A stretch of 64,000 nucleotides of DNA from Cenarchaeum sp. (GTDB lineage: Archaea > Thermoproteota > Nitrososphaeria > Nitrososphaerales > Nitrosopumilaceae): positions 1,376,001 through 1,440,000 of the forward strand of contig OY843768.1 of assembly GCA_963693095.2 (NCBI GenBank), read 5' to 3'. The stretch's first letter is position 1. Every line of letters starts with the position of its first letter. This document shows, piece after piece, positions 20,549-29,505 of this stretch. The notes under the pieces were generated by a model that saw nothing but the letters and a program-made list of their open reading frames with translations, was not told the origin of the DNA and ran no database searches. The position numbers were made by a program, and so were the translations under genes.

Positions 20549-21360
20549 GCGTTCGTGCGCCGGCAGTCGCCGGCGCGTTCTATCCTGATAGTGAAGGCCC
20601 ACTTCGGCAAACAATACGCAAGGCGTGCAGAAACGATGACTATACGCACACGCCCTCGCGCTGCGTCATCGCCCCGCATGCCGGATACGCCTACTCGGCG
20701 CATGTCGCGTGCCACTCGATTCGCGCGATTGTCGACTCGGGGGTTCGCGGACCGGTCATTGTGATTGGGCCAGAGCACGAGTCGACTGGAACCGGCGCGT
20801 CTGTCCCGTCGGCCGAATCATGGCGCACGCCGTTGGGCGACGTTGACATTGACGCCGAGGCAGCACGCGAGCTAGTCAAAAGGGCCGGACCAATAGAAGT
20901 CAATGATTTCGTGCATGCGCGCGAGCACAGCATCGAGGTGCAGGTTCCGCTCCTGCAGGAGGCAGTCGGGCAGGATCTGCGCATCGTCCCCGTGGCGCTC
21001 TCTGATCAGGACCAGCAGACGGCGCAAGCCGTCGGGCAGGCCGCCGCTGATGTCGCCCTGGCGCACGATGGCGCCATAGTCGCCTCCTCTGACCTCACGC
21101 ACTATGAGGCAGACACCGAGGCCCGCAAAAAGGACGCGGCCCTAATAGCGCGCATCGGGAGCCTTGATGTGGACGCAATGTACGAGACGCGTCGGCGCAT
21201 GCGCATAAGCGCGTGCGGGTATGGCGCCATAGCCGCAGCGATGGTCGCAGCAAGGCGCATGCATGCTGATGGCGGGTGCCTCTTGCACTATGCGACGAGT
21301 GCTGATGCGGGCGGGTCGCCTGACTCTGTTGTCGGGTATGCATCGGTGGTGTTTGCGTGA
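20545..21360 (+). CDS. MEMO1 family protein (AmmeMemoRadiSam protein B)
   Basis: RAPAVAGAFYP, PHAGYAYS, EHSIEVQ, SSDLTHY, CGYG, VVGY. Confidence 0.94.
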   Translation: MSVRAPAVAGAFYPDSEGPLRQTIRKACRNDDYTHTPSRCVIAPHAGYAYSAHVACHSIRAIVDSGVRGPVIVIGPEHESTGTGASVPSAESWRTPLGDVDIDAEAARELVKRAGPIEVNDFVHAREHSIEVQVPLLQEAVGQDLRIVPVALSDQDQQTAQAVGQAAADVALAHDGAIVASSDLTHYEADTEARKKDAALIARIGSLDVDAMYETRRRMRISACGYGAIAAAMVAARRMHADGGCLLHYATSADAGGSPDSVVGYASVVFA

Positions 21361-22274
21361 GGTCAGCCTCTGCCCCCGGAAAGGCCATACTCCTCGGCGA
21401 GCACTTTGCCGTTCACGGGGCCGGAGCCCTCGTGTGCGCAATAGAGAGGCGCACGCGCGTGACGTGCAGGCCACGCCAGGGCGGTGTGCGCATTCGCTCA
21501 ATGTACGGCGAGGCGACATTTGATGATGCGGGCAGCATCGAGGGCGTCGACGAGCACCATCGGCCCGTGCTCCACACGGCCCGCAGTGCGGGAGGCTGCC
21601 TTGATGTGACCATAGAGTCTGACGTGCCGGCAGGTGTTGGACTCGGATCCTCGTCGGCGTGCTGTGTTGCTGCCGCCGGTGCGATCGTAAAAGGCGCGAT
21701 GGACGATATCGACTCTGTCATCAAAGAGGCGCTCTGTGCCGAGAGGACAGTCTTTGCCAGCGCATCAGGGGCCGACACGATCGCATGCGCCGTCGGCGGC
21801 GTCATCTCGTTCTCTTGCCAAATGCACGAGGCGTGCGAGGTGCGCGGCTCGCCGTCACTGGTGATTGCAGGCACGGGCAAGACACACTCTACTGCCGAGA
21901 TTGTGGCCGCGGTCCGCCGGAGAAAGGAGGCCGATGAGGCGAGGTTTGGCTCGCTGTGCGAGGACGTTAACGGAATGGTTGCCGACTCGATCGCGGCCCT
22001 GCGGTCTGGCGACCTCGTCGCGCTCGGGAGCCACATGCGCGAGAACCACAGGTGCCTCGTCGACATTGGCGTGTCAGACGCGTCACTTGACCGCATCGTC
22101 GCTGCCGCGTCAGCGACAAGCTATGGCGCAAAGCTCACGGGTGCCGGCCGCGGCGGGTGCGCAATAGCGCTCGTTGACGAGTCAAATGTGGCGCGCACGC
22201 TGGATGCCATGCGCGACTCTGGAGCCACGACGGTGTTCAGGTCCGCAATCGGCGCGCGCGGCCTTGCCGCATGA
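21357..22274 (+). CDS. mvk: mevalonate kinase
   Basis: APGKAILLGEH, PAGVGLGSS, SGAD, KLTGAGRGG. Confidence 0.94.
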   Translation: MRSASAPGKAILLGEHFAVHGAGALVCAIERRTRVTCRPRQGGVRIRSMYGEATFDDAGSIEGVDEHHRPVLHTARSAGGCLDVTIESDVPAGVGLGSSSACCVAAAGAIVKGAMDDIDSVIKEALCAERTVFASASGADTIACAVGGVISFSCQMHEACEVRGSPSLVIAGTGKTHSTAEIVAAVRRRKEADEARFGSLCEDVNGMVADSIAALRSGDLVALGSHMRENHRCLVDIGVSDASLDRIVAAASATSYGAKLTGAGRGGCAIALVDESNVARTLDAMRDSGATTVFRSAIGARGLAA

Positions 22275-22517
22275 GTGCTGACAGTCCAGGGCGCGACCCC
22301 GCATGCAGTGTTCACGCAGTTGGAAGAACCAGGTGTCTTTATGTTGGAAAACGTTGTGAAGCTCAACAAACGATCAAAGTGGGCAAACAGAAAGACGCCC
22401 GAGGTGAGCGCGTGCATCAAGAGGTATGCAGACGGCAGCACGACGATAGGCGAGGTCGTGGACTGCCTCGAGATGGCAGTCGACCGGCAGGTCGAGGAGG
22501 TCATGCGCACGGTCTAG
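22275..22517 (+). CDS. hypothetical protein
   Basis: 80-aa ORF abutting mvk stop; start uncertain. Confidence 0.4.
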   Translation: MLTVQGATPHAVFTQLEEPGVFMLENVVKLNKRSKWANRKTPEVSACIKRYADGSTTIGEVVDCLEMAVDRQVEEVMRTV

Positions 22518-22580
22518 GTGCTGACTTCATACGCTGGTTAACACGTAGCATTTTAATGGGTCAATAACCTTTAACGTGCC

Positions 22581-22880
22581 ATGACATTGCAGGAAGGTCA
22601 GAGGCGCCACCGGGACAGAGGGCAAGGCTGCTGACGCAAAGCCCCCAAGGCTCAGGACGCACAGTCACACGAGAAGGCATTTGAGGCCAAACTCAGCGCA
22701 CAGGAGGAGATTTTTGAGCGCCGAAAGGATGAGCTGCTTGCAAAGTATCCCGGCATGGACATCGCCGTCTGTGGCGGCGACATATTTGCAGTAAACGAGC
22801 CGACAGAAGCGGCCAAAAGGCAATAACCGCCCACCCTGGCGAGCCGGCATGCATTCACGGCAATACGATCCTGTGCGCGT
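22581..22880 (+). pseudogene. frameshifted DUF5678-like gene remnant
   Basis: Frame fragment EKAFEAKLSAQEEIFERRKDELLAKYPGMDIAVCGGDIFA; continuation AITAHPGEPACI lies in another frame. Confidence 0.5.
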
Positions 22881-23102
22881 CAGCATGGGCATTACCATTC
22901 TCCTGCAGGAACATGCTGCCGGCGCATCGCCATGAGTGATGCCGATGCGGCGTGCCAGCAGTCCCGTTCACAAATCTGCAGGTTCACCATGACACCAGAG
23001 TGTCATGAGATACGCCAGGGGCGTGACGCCGCGACACACAGGCACAGCAGGAATCTGGCAATGGCCTAAAACTAATTAATGCCCCATTGCCCGCACCATG
23101 CC

Positions 23103-23381
23103 ATGCCCCAGAGAAGAGCCCATGTCCACGTGTCAGGAACTGTGCAGGGTGTCTATTACCGGCTCACGATGCAAAAGTCCGCCGCAGCGCACGATGTTGT
23201 GGGCTGGGTGCGCAACATGGAGGACGGCAGGGTCGAGGCAGTCATCGAGGGCGATGCTGACGGCGTCGAGCGCGTGCTCGAGTGGTGCGCGCGCGGCCCG
23301 GACGCGGCAAAGGTAGACAGCGTCTCTAGTGCAGAGGAGGAGCCGACTGGCGAGTTTGCGTCCTTTGACATACGCGACTAG
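23103..23381 (+). CDS. acyP: acylphosphatase
   Basis: VSGTVQGVYYR, GWVRN.EDGRVE, GP.AAKV. Confidence 0.96.
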   Translation: MPQRRAHVHVSGTVQGVYYRLTMQKSAAAHDVVGWVRNMEDGRVEAVIEGDADGVERVLEWCARGPDAAKVDSVSSAEEEPTGEFASFDIRD

Positions 23382-23686
23382 ACGCGCTCGTATGCCGCAG
23401 CTATCGCATCACGCACAGGTTTCATGTCATCGCCGGCGCGCACGGTCAGCACGCTGGGTTCTGCGCGCCTCCCCTCGTTGAGCCTCACTATAACTGCGTC
23501 CCCGTCAGGTGACACGTCGGCAAACCAGCGCATCGCCATCGACCTGCCAAACACGACCCTGTGCATGCGCACGTGCTCGACGACGCCGGGCCCAATCGTC
23601 ATGCACAGCTCTCGCAAGAGGACGAGTGCCTTGCGTGCCGAACCGGCATCATGCAAGAGATCCCCAAACGTCCTCGGCGCGTCCAT
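23378..23686 (-). CDS. conserved hypothetical protein (DUF5655-like fold possible)
   Basis: 102 aa ending IAAAYERV; the upstream part of the long ORF is really the SRP RNA. Confidence 0.65.
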   Translation of the reverse strand: MDAPRTFGDLLHDAGSARKALVLLRELCMTIGPGVVEHVRMHRVVFGRSMAMRWFADVSPDGDAVIVRLNEGRRAEPSVLTVRAGDDMKPVRDAIAAAYERV

Positions 23687-23716
23687 CGTGCGCGCACGCG
23701 CATGCCCAAATATGTA

Positions 23717-24032
23717 GGTAGCAGGCCCGGTGGCCCCACCATAGGCCGGCGACCCCATCTCCCGGCGCGCAAGATCCACCACGTTGACGGGGAAGCGTGG
23801 ATGCTCCGACTTAGGGCTGCTCCCTCCCGGACCTGGCCCATTTCGACGGCTCGCCCATGGGGTTCGGCCCTTCGGCCGGCCCCTGTGCTGCAACCACCCG
23901 CCCCGGCGTGGCTTCATGTCCGCTCGCCAAGCGGGAACCGTCAACCTAGGGATTTACCCACCAGTTGCTGGCCTCTGCGTATAGCCGGTTTCAGAACGGG
24001 GCACGGCTAGCACCCCGGCCCTCCCTGCTACC
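23717..24032 (-). ncRNA. ffs: archaeal SRP (7S) RNA
   Basis: Helix 8 motif GCCAGGTCC-GGGA-GGGAGCAGC; terminal helix GGTAGCAGG/CCTGCTACC; 316 nt; TATA-like box about 25 nt upstream. Confidence 0.95.
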
Positions 24033-24093
24033 GCACGGCCCGCCGGCGCCGAGGTATATTTGCCTAAGGGCGCGAGTGGGCGTGGCGCTGCGC

Positions 24094-25014
24094 CTAGGTG
24101 GCAGTATCTGGCGTCGTGGCCCGCAGTCCCCCCAGCGTCAGGCATGCGGCGCACTGGATCCCCGTGCACGGGGCGCCGCAGCGCGAGCACGCCGATGCGG
24201 CAGCCTGCGGGGTCGTCGAGCGCAGCCTTGAGGCGATGCTGACAGCCGAGCGGTACATGCCGTTCTTTATGCCGCTGTGTCGCGACTCTAGCGCGTTGAG
24301 AAACTCGCGAACCTCCGTTCGCACGCCCTCGTTCATGTGCGGGCACGACTCGGACTGGAACGGGAGCGACTCAGAGTATGCGTAAAACGCGATCTCGGCC
24401 TCATAGATGTCGCAGAACGGCTTTATCCTCCTCGTGCCCGTTCTTGACGGCGCATCGGGGTCTGTGCGCGCAATCCTGCCAATGTCACCGGACATCATGT
24501 TGATCAGCGTTGTCTGCACAATGTCATCCAGGTTGTGGGCAGTGGCCACAGAGTCCGCATCAAGCTCGGATGCGGCAATGTCAAGGGCGCGGCGCCGCAG
24601 GGTTCCGCATATCGAGCATGACGTCGGGCGCGAGTCTGACTCTAGTGCGGACTCTAGCGTTGTCCCAAAGAGCTCCTCGTACGAGTACACGTGGTGCCCC
24701 AGTCCAAGTGACGAGCAGAACCTAGAGACTATTGACAGCGCCTCGTCCCTGTATCCGGGTATTCCCTCGTCGATCGTGACAGGGACCAGCTCGACGCCCT
24801 TTTTTGGCGCCATTTTGAGGAGGACATGCAGGAGGGCGAGTGAGTCCTTGCCGCCAGACACGCCAACGCAGATGCGCTCTCCCCGTTTCATCATCGCGTG
24901 GCGCGAAATGGCCGCAGCCGTCTTTTTTTGTATCGAGCGCGCAAAGCACGATGAGCACAGTGACTCGCCCGAGTATCTGCGCGTGTATGCCGGCGGTGCG
25001 CCGCATATGCACAC
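24094..25014 (-). CDS. tRNA 2-thiolation PP-loop ATPase (TtuA/NcsA, TIGR00269 type)
   Basis: SGGKDS, IDEGIPGYR, CSICGTLRRR, AHNLDD, N- and C-terminal Cys clusters. Confidence 0.92.
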   Translation of the reverse strand: MCICGAPPAYTRRYSGESLCSSCFARSIQKKTAAAISRHAMMKRGERICVGVSGGKDSLALLHVLLKMAPKKGVELVPVTIDEGIPGYRDEALSIVSRFCSSLGLGHHVYSYEELFGTTLESALESDSRPTSCSICGTLRRRALDIAASELDADSVATAHNLDDIVQTTLINMMSGDIGRIARTDPDAPSRTGTRRIKPFCDIYEAEIAFYAYSESLPFQSESCPHMNEGVRTEVREFLNALESRHSGIKNGMYRSAVSIASRLRSTTPQAAASACSRCGAPCTGIQCAACLTLGGLRATTPDTAT

Positions 25015-25025
25015 AGGCGTGCCGC

Positions 25026-26228
25026 TCAAATCGTAAACCAGCCGGACTTTGCGTACGAGAGGCCGATGTTTAGCGCAAAGAGCGCAAACGTCACGCCGTA
25101 TATGACCCACATGGCCACGTTGAGGCGCGCCTCAGAGAGGCGGGCCGAGAGGAGTATGTGGACAAACTTGCCGCCATCGAGTATCGGCAGTGGGAGCATG
25201 TTGATGATTCCGATAAAGAACGATATCATCCAGAGCCAGAGCAGGAACATCGAGACTGACGGGTTGTCCCAGGCGATATAGTCGTGTATTGGCTTGAATG
25301 CGGCCGTATTGTCGCGCATGATGCCGACTAGTCCGACGGACGGGTCATTTGGCGAGGGCATTATCTCGACCTCCATGGAGATCTCCTCGCCCCCGCGCAG
25401 TATGCGCAGGTCAGCCGTGTCGCCGGGCTCTAGGCCTGCGCGCGAGAGATCCACAAACGAGGCTATCTCTAGGCCGTTGACGCCGACTATCTTGTCTCCG
25501 GCGAGGATTCCGGCGCGCTCGGCACCAAGGCCCTCCATGACCGAGAGGACGCCGACGCCGCCGGGCGTCTCATAGAACGCGTCAACTAGTGGGTCAGGCA
25601 GCACGATTGCAAAGACTGGGTTTGTCAGCAACAGTGCGCCGAGGACCATCGAAAAGGCAACGTTGGCAGTCGCGCCGGCCCCGATGACGCGCAGTCGCGA
25701 GAGGCGGCGGGCCGATTCAAACGCCTTTTCATCAGGCTCGACAAAGCCGGCAAAGAGTGCGATAAACACGGCAAATCCCCCGTTCTTTATGCGGATCCTC
25801 TCAAGGGCCGCCACGATACCGTGGGCGCCCTCGTGCATGATGAGGACTATGGGTATCGAGAGCAAAAAGAACGCGATTGCAGGTCCCGACGTGAGTGTCA
25901 CGCCGGGTATGAGAACCGTGACCTCGGCGAACTCTGTCGGCGCATCAAAGTAGGCCGTAACGTTTGCGGCCAGGAAATAGAACGCAAAGGCCATCATTGC
26001 AAATCCCGCAACGACGCTCACGTCGGCAAATATCCTCACGGCCCTGCGCGTGCGCGAGAGGAGGCGCTCGAGGACGTCGTTGACTGACTCGTTCCTGTAC
26101 ACGAGGCTGTACGGCTTTAGCGAAAAGCCGTGCCTGTCAAGGCCGCACGCCTTGGCGAGGACTATGGTGACGACCCACGCGATGAGCACGTAGACTATGG
26201 GGTTCTCGGATATGAACTCTAGTACCAT
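25026..26228 (-). CDS. site-2 protease (M50) with PDZ domain
   Basis: HEGAH, GFVEPDE, AGATAN, NMLPLPILDGG. Confidence 0.95.
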   Translation of the reverse strand: MVLEFISENPIVYVLIAWVVTIVLAKACGLDRHGFSLKPYSLVYRNESVNDVLERLLSRTRRAVRIFADVSVVAGFAMMAFAFYFLAANVTAYFDAPTEFAEVTVLIPGVTLTSGPAIAFFLLSIPIVLIMHEGAHGIVAALERIRIKNGGFAVFIALFAGFVEPDEKAFESARRLSRLRVIGAGATANVAFSMVLGALLLTNPVFAIVLPDPLVDAFYETPGGVGVLSVMEGLGAERAGILAGDKIVGVNGLEIASFVDLSRAGLEPGDTADLRILRGGEEISMEVEIMPSPNDPSVGLVGIMRDNTAAFKPIHDYIAWDNPSVSMFLLWLWMISFFIGIINMLPLPILDGGKFVHILLSARLSEARLNVAMWVIYGVTFALFALNIGLSYAKSGWFTI

Positions 26229-26272
26229 TCTGACGCGCACGTTTTTTAGGCACTGGGGTTTATACCTTGCCC

Positions 26273-26617
26273 ATGGGACTGGCGATGGTCATCACGACAT
26301 ACGCCGACATGGCATCAGCGCGGGCCGAGGCGCAGCGCATGGTCAGGGCACGCCTTGCCGCGTGCGCAAGCATGGCCCCCGTGACGTCGATATACGAGTG
26401 GGACGGCGCAATGCAGGACGCCGGCGAGGTCATGGCGATATTCAAGACGGCACACGGCAGGGCCGGCGAGCTGCGCGAGGCCATACTGGCGGGCCACGCG
26501 TATGACACGCCGGAGGTCATTACGCTTGATGCCGAGTCAGCCGGCCCCTACATGGACTGGGTCTGCGCGCATGTCGGCTCAGGTGCCAAATCGCAGGATC
26601 GCGATAACGCCGCCTAG
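26273..26617 (+). CDS. cutA: divalent-cation tolerance protein CutA
   Basis: RLAACA, SIYEWDG, FKT, HAYDTPEVI, YMDWV. Confidence 0.93.
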   Translation: MGLAMVITTYADMASARAEAQRMVRARLAACASMAPVTSIYEWDGAMQDAGEVMAIFKTAHGRAGELREAILAGHAYDTPEVITLDAESAGPYMDWVCAHVGSGAKSQDRDNAA

Positions 26618-27616
26618 GCCAGAGACGCGCATCCCGACGTCGGTGCTCGTGTCCACGGCGTAGACGTCCGCACCGCCTGACTCGGCTTCATTGAGGAGGC
26701 GAACAGCGGCATCCTCGCCGGCGTCGGCTAGCAGGCGATCAGAGAAGACGACTGCCGAGGCTGCGCGCGAGGTGACTGCGCGTAGGACGTCGGCGTGGCC
26801 CATCGCATACAGCCTCGAGCGCGAACCGGCCATGCGCATGACCTCCTCGACTATCTCAAGGACGCGCGCGAGCTTTGAGCCGGACATGATCTCGCGCATC
26901 ATGGCCGACTTTGCGAACGTGTGGATGCCGTCCTCGCCGCCCGAGTCAATGCCCTCGATGACGTGCGCCTCGAGTCCCTCTATCTTGTCGAGCTCGGAGC
27001 ACACGCGCCTCTTCTCCTCACCGGGCCCAAAGACGACAAGGCCGTCACCGGCGTGCGCGATCGACGAGACTGCAACGCGAACGCCGGCGCGGTATGCCGT
27101 CGCATCAGTGCTCACGCGATAGCGCTTGCCGGCAATTCCCGAGTATATGTTGGGAAGTATGTGGAGGTGCGTGCCAACAAGCCTTGCAATTCCGCACTCG
27201 CGCGTGTCAGTGGCGACAACTATGAACGCGCGCGCCGCGCGCGTGCGGCCTAGAAGGCGCCTGTGAAGCGGTGTCCATGACCTCTTGCTGATCGTGATGC
27301 GCTCACCCGGTGTCACCGTTATCGAGTGGTGCGAGCCGTGGCTGACTGACTCGTGGCTCGAGCCAGTTATGGGACCGGCGACGCGCAGTCGGTCAAGTAC
27401 GCTGTCAAGGGACGCGCGCTCGACTCGCAGAGTTATGCGAATGCGCACACGCTCGCCCCTGTCAGGACGCGCGTGCTCTCGCTCTACCTTGATTGCGCGC
27501 GTAGTGCTTGCAGTCACCAGGTCTCCCGGCGCAAGAACACGCCGGAGCGCGATGAGGTCATCGGGCTCTTCGGGCGTGACGTGCATCGAGCCGTCGGCTG
27601 TACGCGAGGAGATCAT
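26579..27616 (-). CDS. pelA: ribosome rescue factor Pelota
   Basis: PEEPDDL..LRRVL..GD, RLRVAG, HHSI, LGGVIAILRF. Confidence 0.93.
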   Translation of the reverse strand: MISSRTADGSMHVTPEEPDDLIALRRVLAPGDLVTASTTRAIKVEREHARPDRGERVRIRITLRVERASLDSVLDRLRVAGPITGSSHESVSHGSHHSITVTPGERITISKRSWTPLHRRLLGRTRAARAFIVVATDTRECGIARLVGTHLHILPNIYSGIAGKRYRVSTDATAYRAGVRVAVSSIAHAGDGLVVFGPGEEKRRVCSELDKIEGLEAHVIEGIDSGGEDGIHTFAKSAMMREIMSGSKLARVLEIVEEVMRMAGSRSRLYAMGHADVLRAVTSRAASAVVFSDRLLADAGEDAAVRLLNEAESGGADVYAVDTSTDVGMRVSGLGGVIAILRFGT

Positions 27617-27646
27617 GTGCCGGCTACCGCAAATCCTGTGACAGGC

Positions 27647-28054
27647 CTAGGACCCGTCGGTCTTGCCCTCGCGCTTTTGCTCGGCATAGTCCTCGATCCA
27701 CTTTAGGTCAACGACTCCGGCCTGGGCCATGTTGACTATGGTGTGGTCAGAGGCCACACCGGTGACCTTGCCGCTGTACTTGCCCTGCTGGCGCCACTTT
27801 AGCGACGTGTTGCCGCTCTTTGAGTTGTATATGACGCCGAGGACATCGCGCGCGTTGACGAACGTGATCCCTCGCATGTCCTTGAGCGTCACCTTGTCGG
27901 CGGCCTCGACGTATATCACGCCGGGCTCCTCGGAGCGCTCGGGGAATATCTCGGAATCATCAAGGTAGCTCTGTGGAGCAAAGGACTCGCACGTGCTAGC
28001 CATGATGAACCTCCTAAAGCTGTCTAGTGACGCAGACGCGTCTATCTCCACCAT
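27647..28054 (-). CDS. conserved hypothetical protein
   Basis: 135-aa ORF with host-like codon usage. Confidence 0.75.
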   Translation of the reverse strand: MVEIDASASLDSFRRFIMASTCESFAPQSYLDDSEIFPERSEEPGVIYVEAADKVTLKDMRGITFVNARDVLGVIYNSKSGNTSLKWRQQGKYSGKVTGVASDHTIVNMAQAGVVDLKWIEDYAEQKREGKTDGS

Positions 28055-28130
28055 CGGGGCGCACCGCCACGCATGCCGTTTATCAAGGTTTTTCAAGGGT
28101 CGCCCGTGCGATGCGCCCTCAGGCACGCAG

Positions 28131-28200
28131 CGGGCCGTGATGAGCGCATCCTAATGAGGCAGATGATCTGGATCTTGAGTTCTGAGCCCGCAAGAATCGC
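28131..28200 (+). ncRNA. box C/D guide sRNA, predicted target tRNA-Leu(CAA) C34
   Basis: Terminal stem CGGGC/GCCCG; C box GTGATGA 28137-28143; D box CTGA 28192-28195; internal D'/C'-like ATGA...ATGATC; intergenic. Confidence 0.82.
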
Positions 28201-28213
28201 CCTGGGTGGCCCC

Positions 28214-28378
28214 CTAGCCAAAGTCCGTGTCGCGCTTTTGGCTGGCTGACTCGTTTGCCCTCGCAGCAGCGCGGAACTCGTCCTCGTGGTTCTGTGGCCC
28301 GTGGCCACAGCTCACGCACGCTATCTTGAAGCCGTTCTCGTTTCGGACATACTCGTCACACCCGCAAAAGCACGCCAT
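28214..28378 (-). CDS. small Cys/His-rich (zinc-finger-like) protein
   Basis: CFCGC...CVSCGH...H in 54 aa; TTATAA box about 26 nt upstream. Confidence 0.7.
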   Translation of the reverse strand: MACFCGCDEYVRNENGFKIACVSCGHGPQNHEDEFRAAARANESASQKRDTDFG

Positions 28379-28417
28379 CGCGCGCAGCGTGCGATGCTGG
28401 GACATTATAACGCTTTA

Positions 28418-28783
28418 CTAGCTTCCAAGCATCTTGCCGGCAAGGTTGTCGCGCCGGCGAATCCACTTGAGGTCAAGTGAGGAGAACTCGCCGATGATGG
28501 GCCATATCTCCATGGCAAGCGCGCGCAGCGAGTCGTTGTTTATCCCGTACTCGTGCCTTACCTGCGAGACCATCGTCTGTGAGTCGCTGTATATCGTGAT
28601 CTCCTCGGCCTGTGCGCCCTCTGAGCGCAGCCATTCAAGGGCGAGCTTTAGGGCCATGTACTCGGCCTCCATGTTTGTCAGGTTTTGCGCACGCTCATAG
28701 CTGGACTTGCCGGACTCTTTTACGAAAAATCCAAACTTTGGGTCATCACCGGCGCCACCGTCGATGTATATCGTCATGGCCAT
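28418..28783 (-). CDS. rnhA: ribonuclease HI
   Basis: IYIDG, TNMEAEY.AL, YSDSQ, WIRR.DNLA. Confidence 0.9.
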   Translation of the reverse strand: MAMTIYIDGGAGDDPKFGFFVKESGKSSYERAQNLTNMEAEYMALKLALEWLRSEGAQAEEITIYSDSQTMVSQVRHEYGINNDSLRALAMEIWPIIGEFSSLDLKWIRRRDNLAGKMLGS

Positions 28784-28836
28784 CGGCGCGCGTGGCGCAC
28801 ATGGCGCGATATAAGCGTGATTATGGCCGCGCAGGC

Positions 28837-29142
28837 TCACTCGAGGGCCAGGCGCAGGAGTATGGCGAGTCCGGCGAGCTCGGCGATGCCAACTCCGAGC
28901 ATGTACGGGAATATCGCATGCGAGAATATCTCCTCCATTGAAAAGTAGGCCAGCGCGCCTATCGCGTTGTGCAGGATCAGGAGCGATGAGACGAGCATCA
29001 TCCCGAGGGGCAGGCGCGCGCGCGTCGCCTGGCGCATCCTCGCATAGACGGCGATGAGCACGGAGAGTATTCCAATGTTTGCAAGCGACACTGCAGACAG
29101 CGCTGCTGACGTGGCCTCCATCGCGCGTGTGTGTGGCGACAT
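28837..29142 (-). CDS. small 3-TM membrane protein
   Basis: Three hydrophobic stretches; 3 nt downstream of the ArsR gene. Confidence 0.75.
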   Translation of the reverse strand: MSPHTRAMEATSAALSAVSLANIGILSVLIAVYARMRQATRARLPLGMMLVSSLLILHNAIGALAYFSMEEIFSHAIFPYMLGVGIAELAGLAILLRLALE

Positions 29143-29145
29143 GGT

Positions 29146-29448
29146 TTATTTGCTTTTTTCCAGTTTTGCGGCGATCTCGTTGAACGTGGCCATGTTTGCC
29201 TCTAGAAGCGCAGAGACCGAGTACGTCACGGCATAGCGCTCACCGGCACTAGAGACCATGCTGTCGCGCGTGAGGACCCTGAGATGGTGCTGCACGGCCT
29301 TATAGTCCACGCCTAGCGCACCTGCTAGCTGGTTTGTGTTCATGGGCCTGTCGCGCAGGAGCGATATGATGCTGGTTCGCATGGGCCCGCCGCGCGTGCC
29401 GGCAAAGAGCATCCACAGTAGCCGCCTTGTGTATGGGTCGCCTGCCAA
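29146..29448 (-). CDS. ArsR-like winged-helix regulator
   Basis: LLWMLFAGTRGG..R, NTNQLA..LGVDYKAVQHHLRVL; TTG start inferred. Confidence 0.88.
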   Translation of the reverse strand: MAGDPYTRRLLWMLFAGTRGGPMRTSIISLLRDRPMNTNQLAGALGVDYKAVQHHLRVLTRDSMVSSAGERYAVTYSVSALLEANMATFNEIAAKLEKSK

Positions 29449-29472
29449 CGTGACAGGCGCGCGGGCCGCCAT

Positions 29473-29483
29473 GCTATAATAGC
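29473..29483. promoter_or_regulatory. palindromic TATA element shared by divergent genes
   Basis: GCTAT-A-ATAGC, about 25 nt from start codons on both strands. Confidence 0.55.
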
Positions 29484-29505
29484 TCACGCGACACGCGCGG
29501 GCGCC

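Noticed and set aside
23815-23838. SRP helix 8 loop GGGA instead of GGAA
   Set aside because: Still a GNRA tetraloop
23687-24346. ORF extensions 23378-23944 and 23954-24346
   Set aside because: They overlap the SRP RNA and the TtuA gene; spurious
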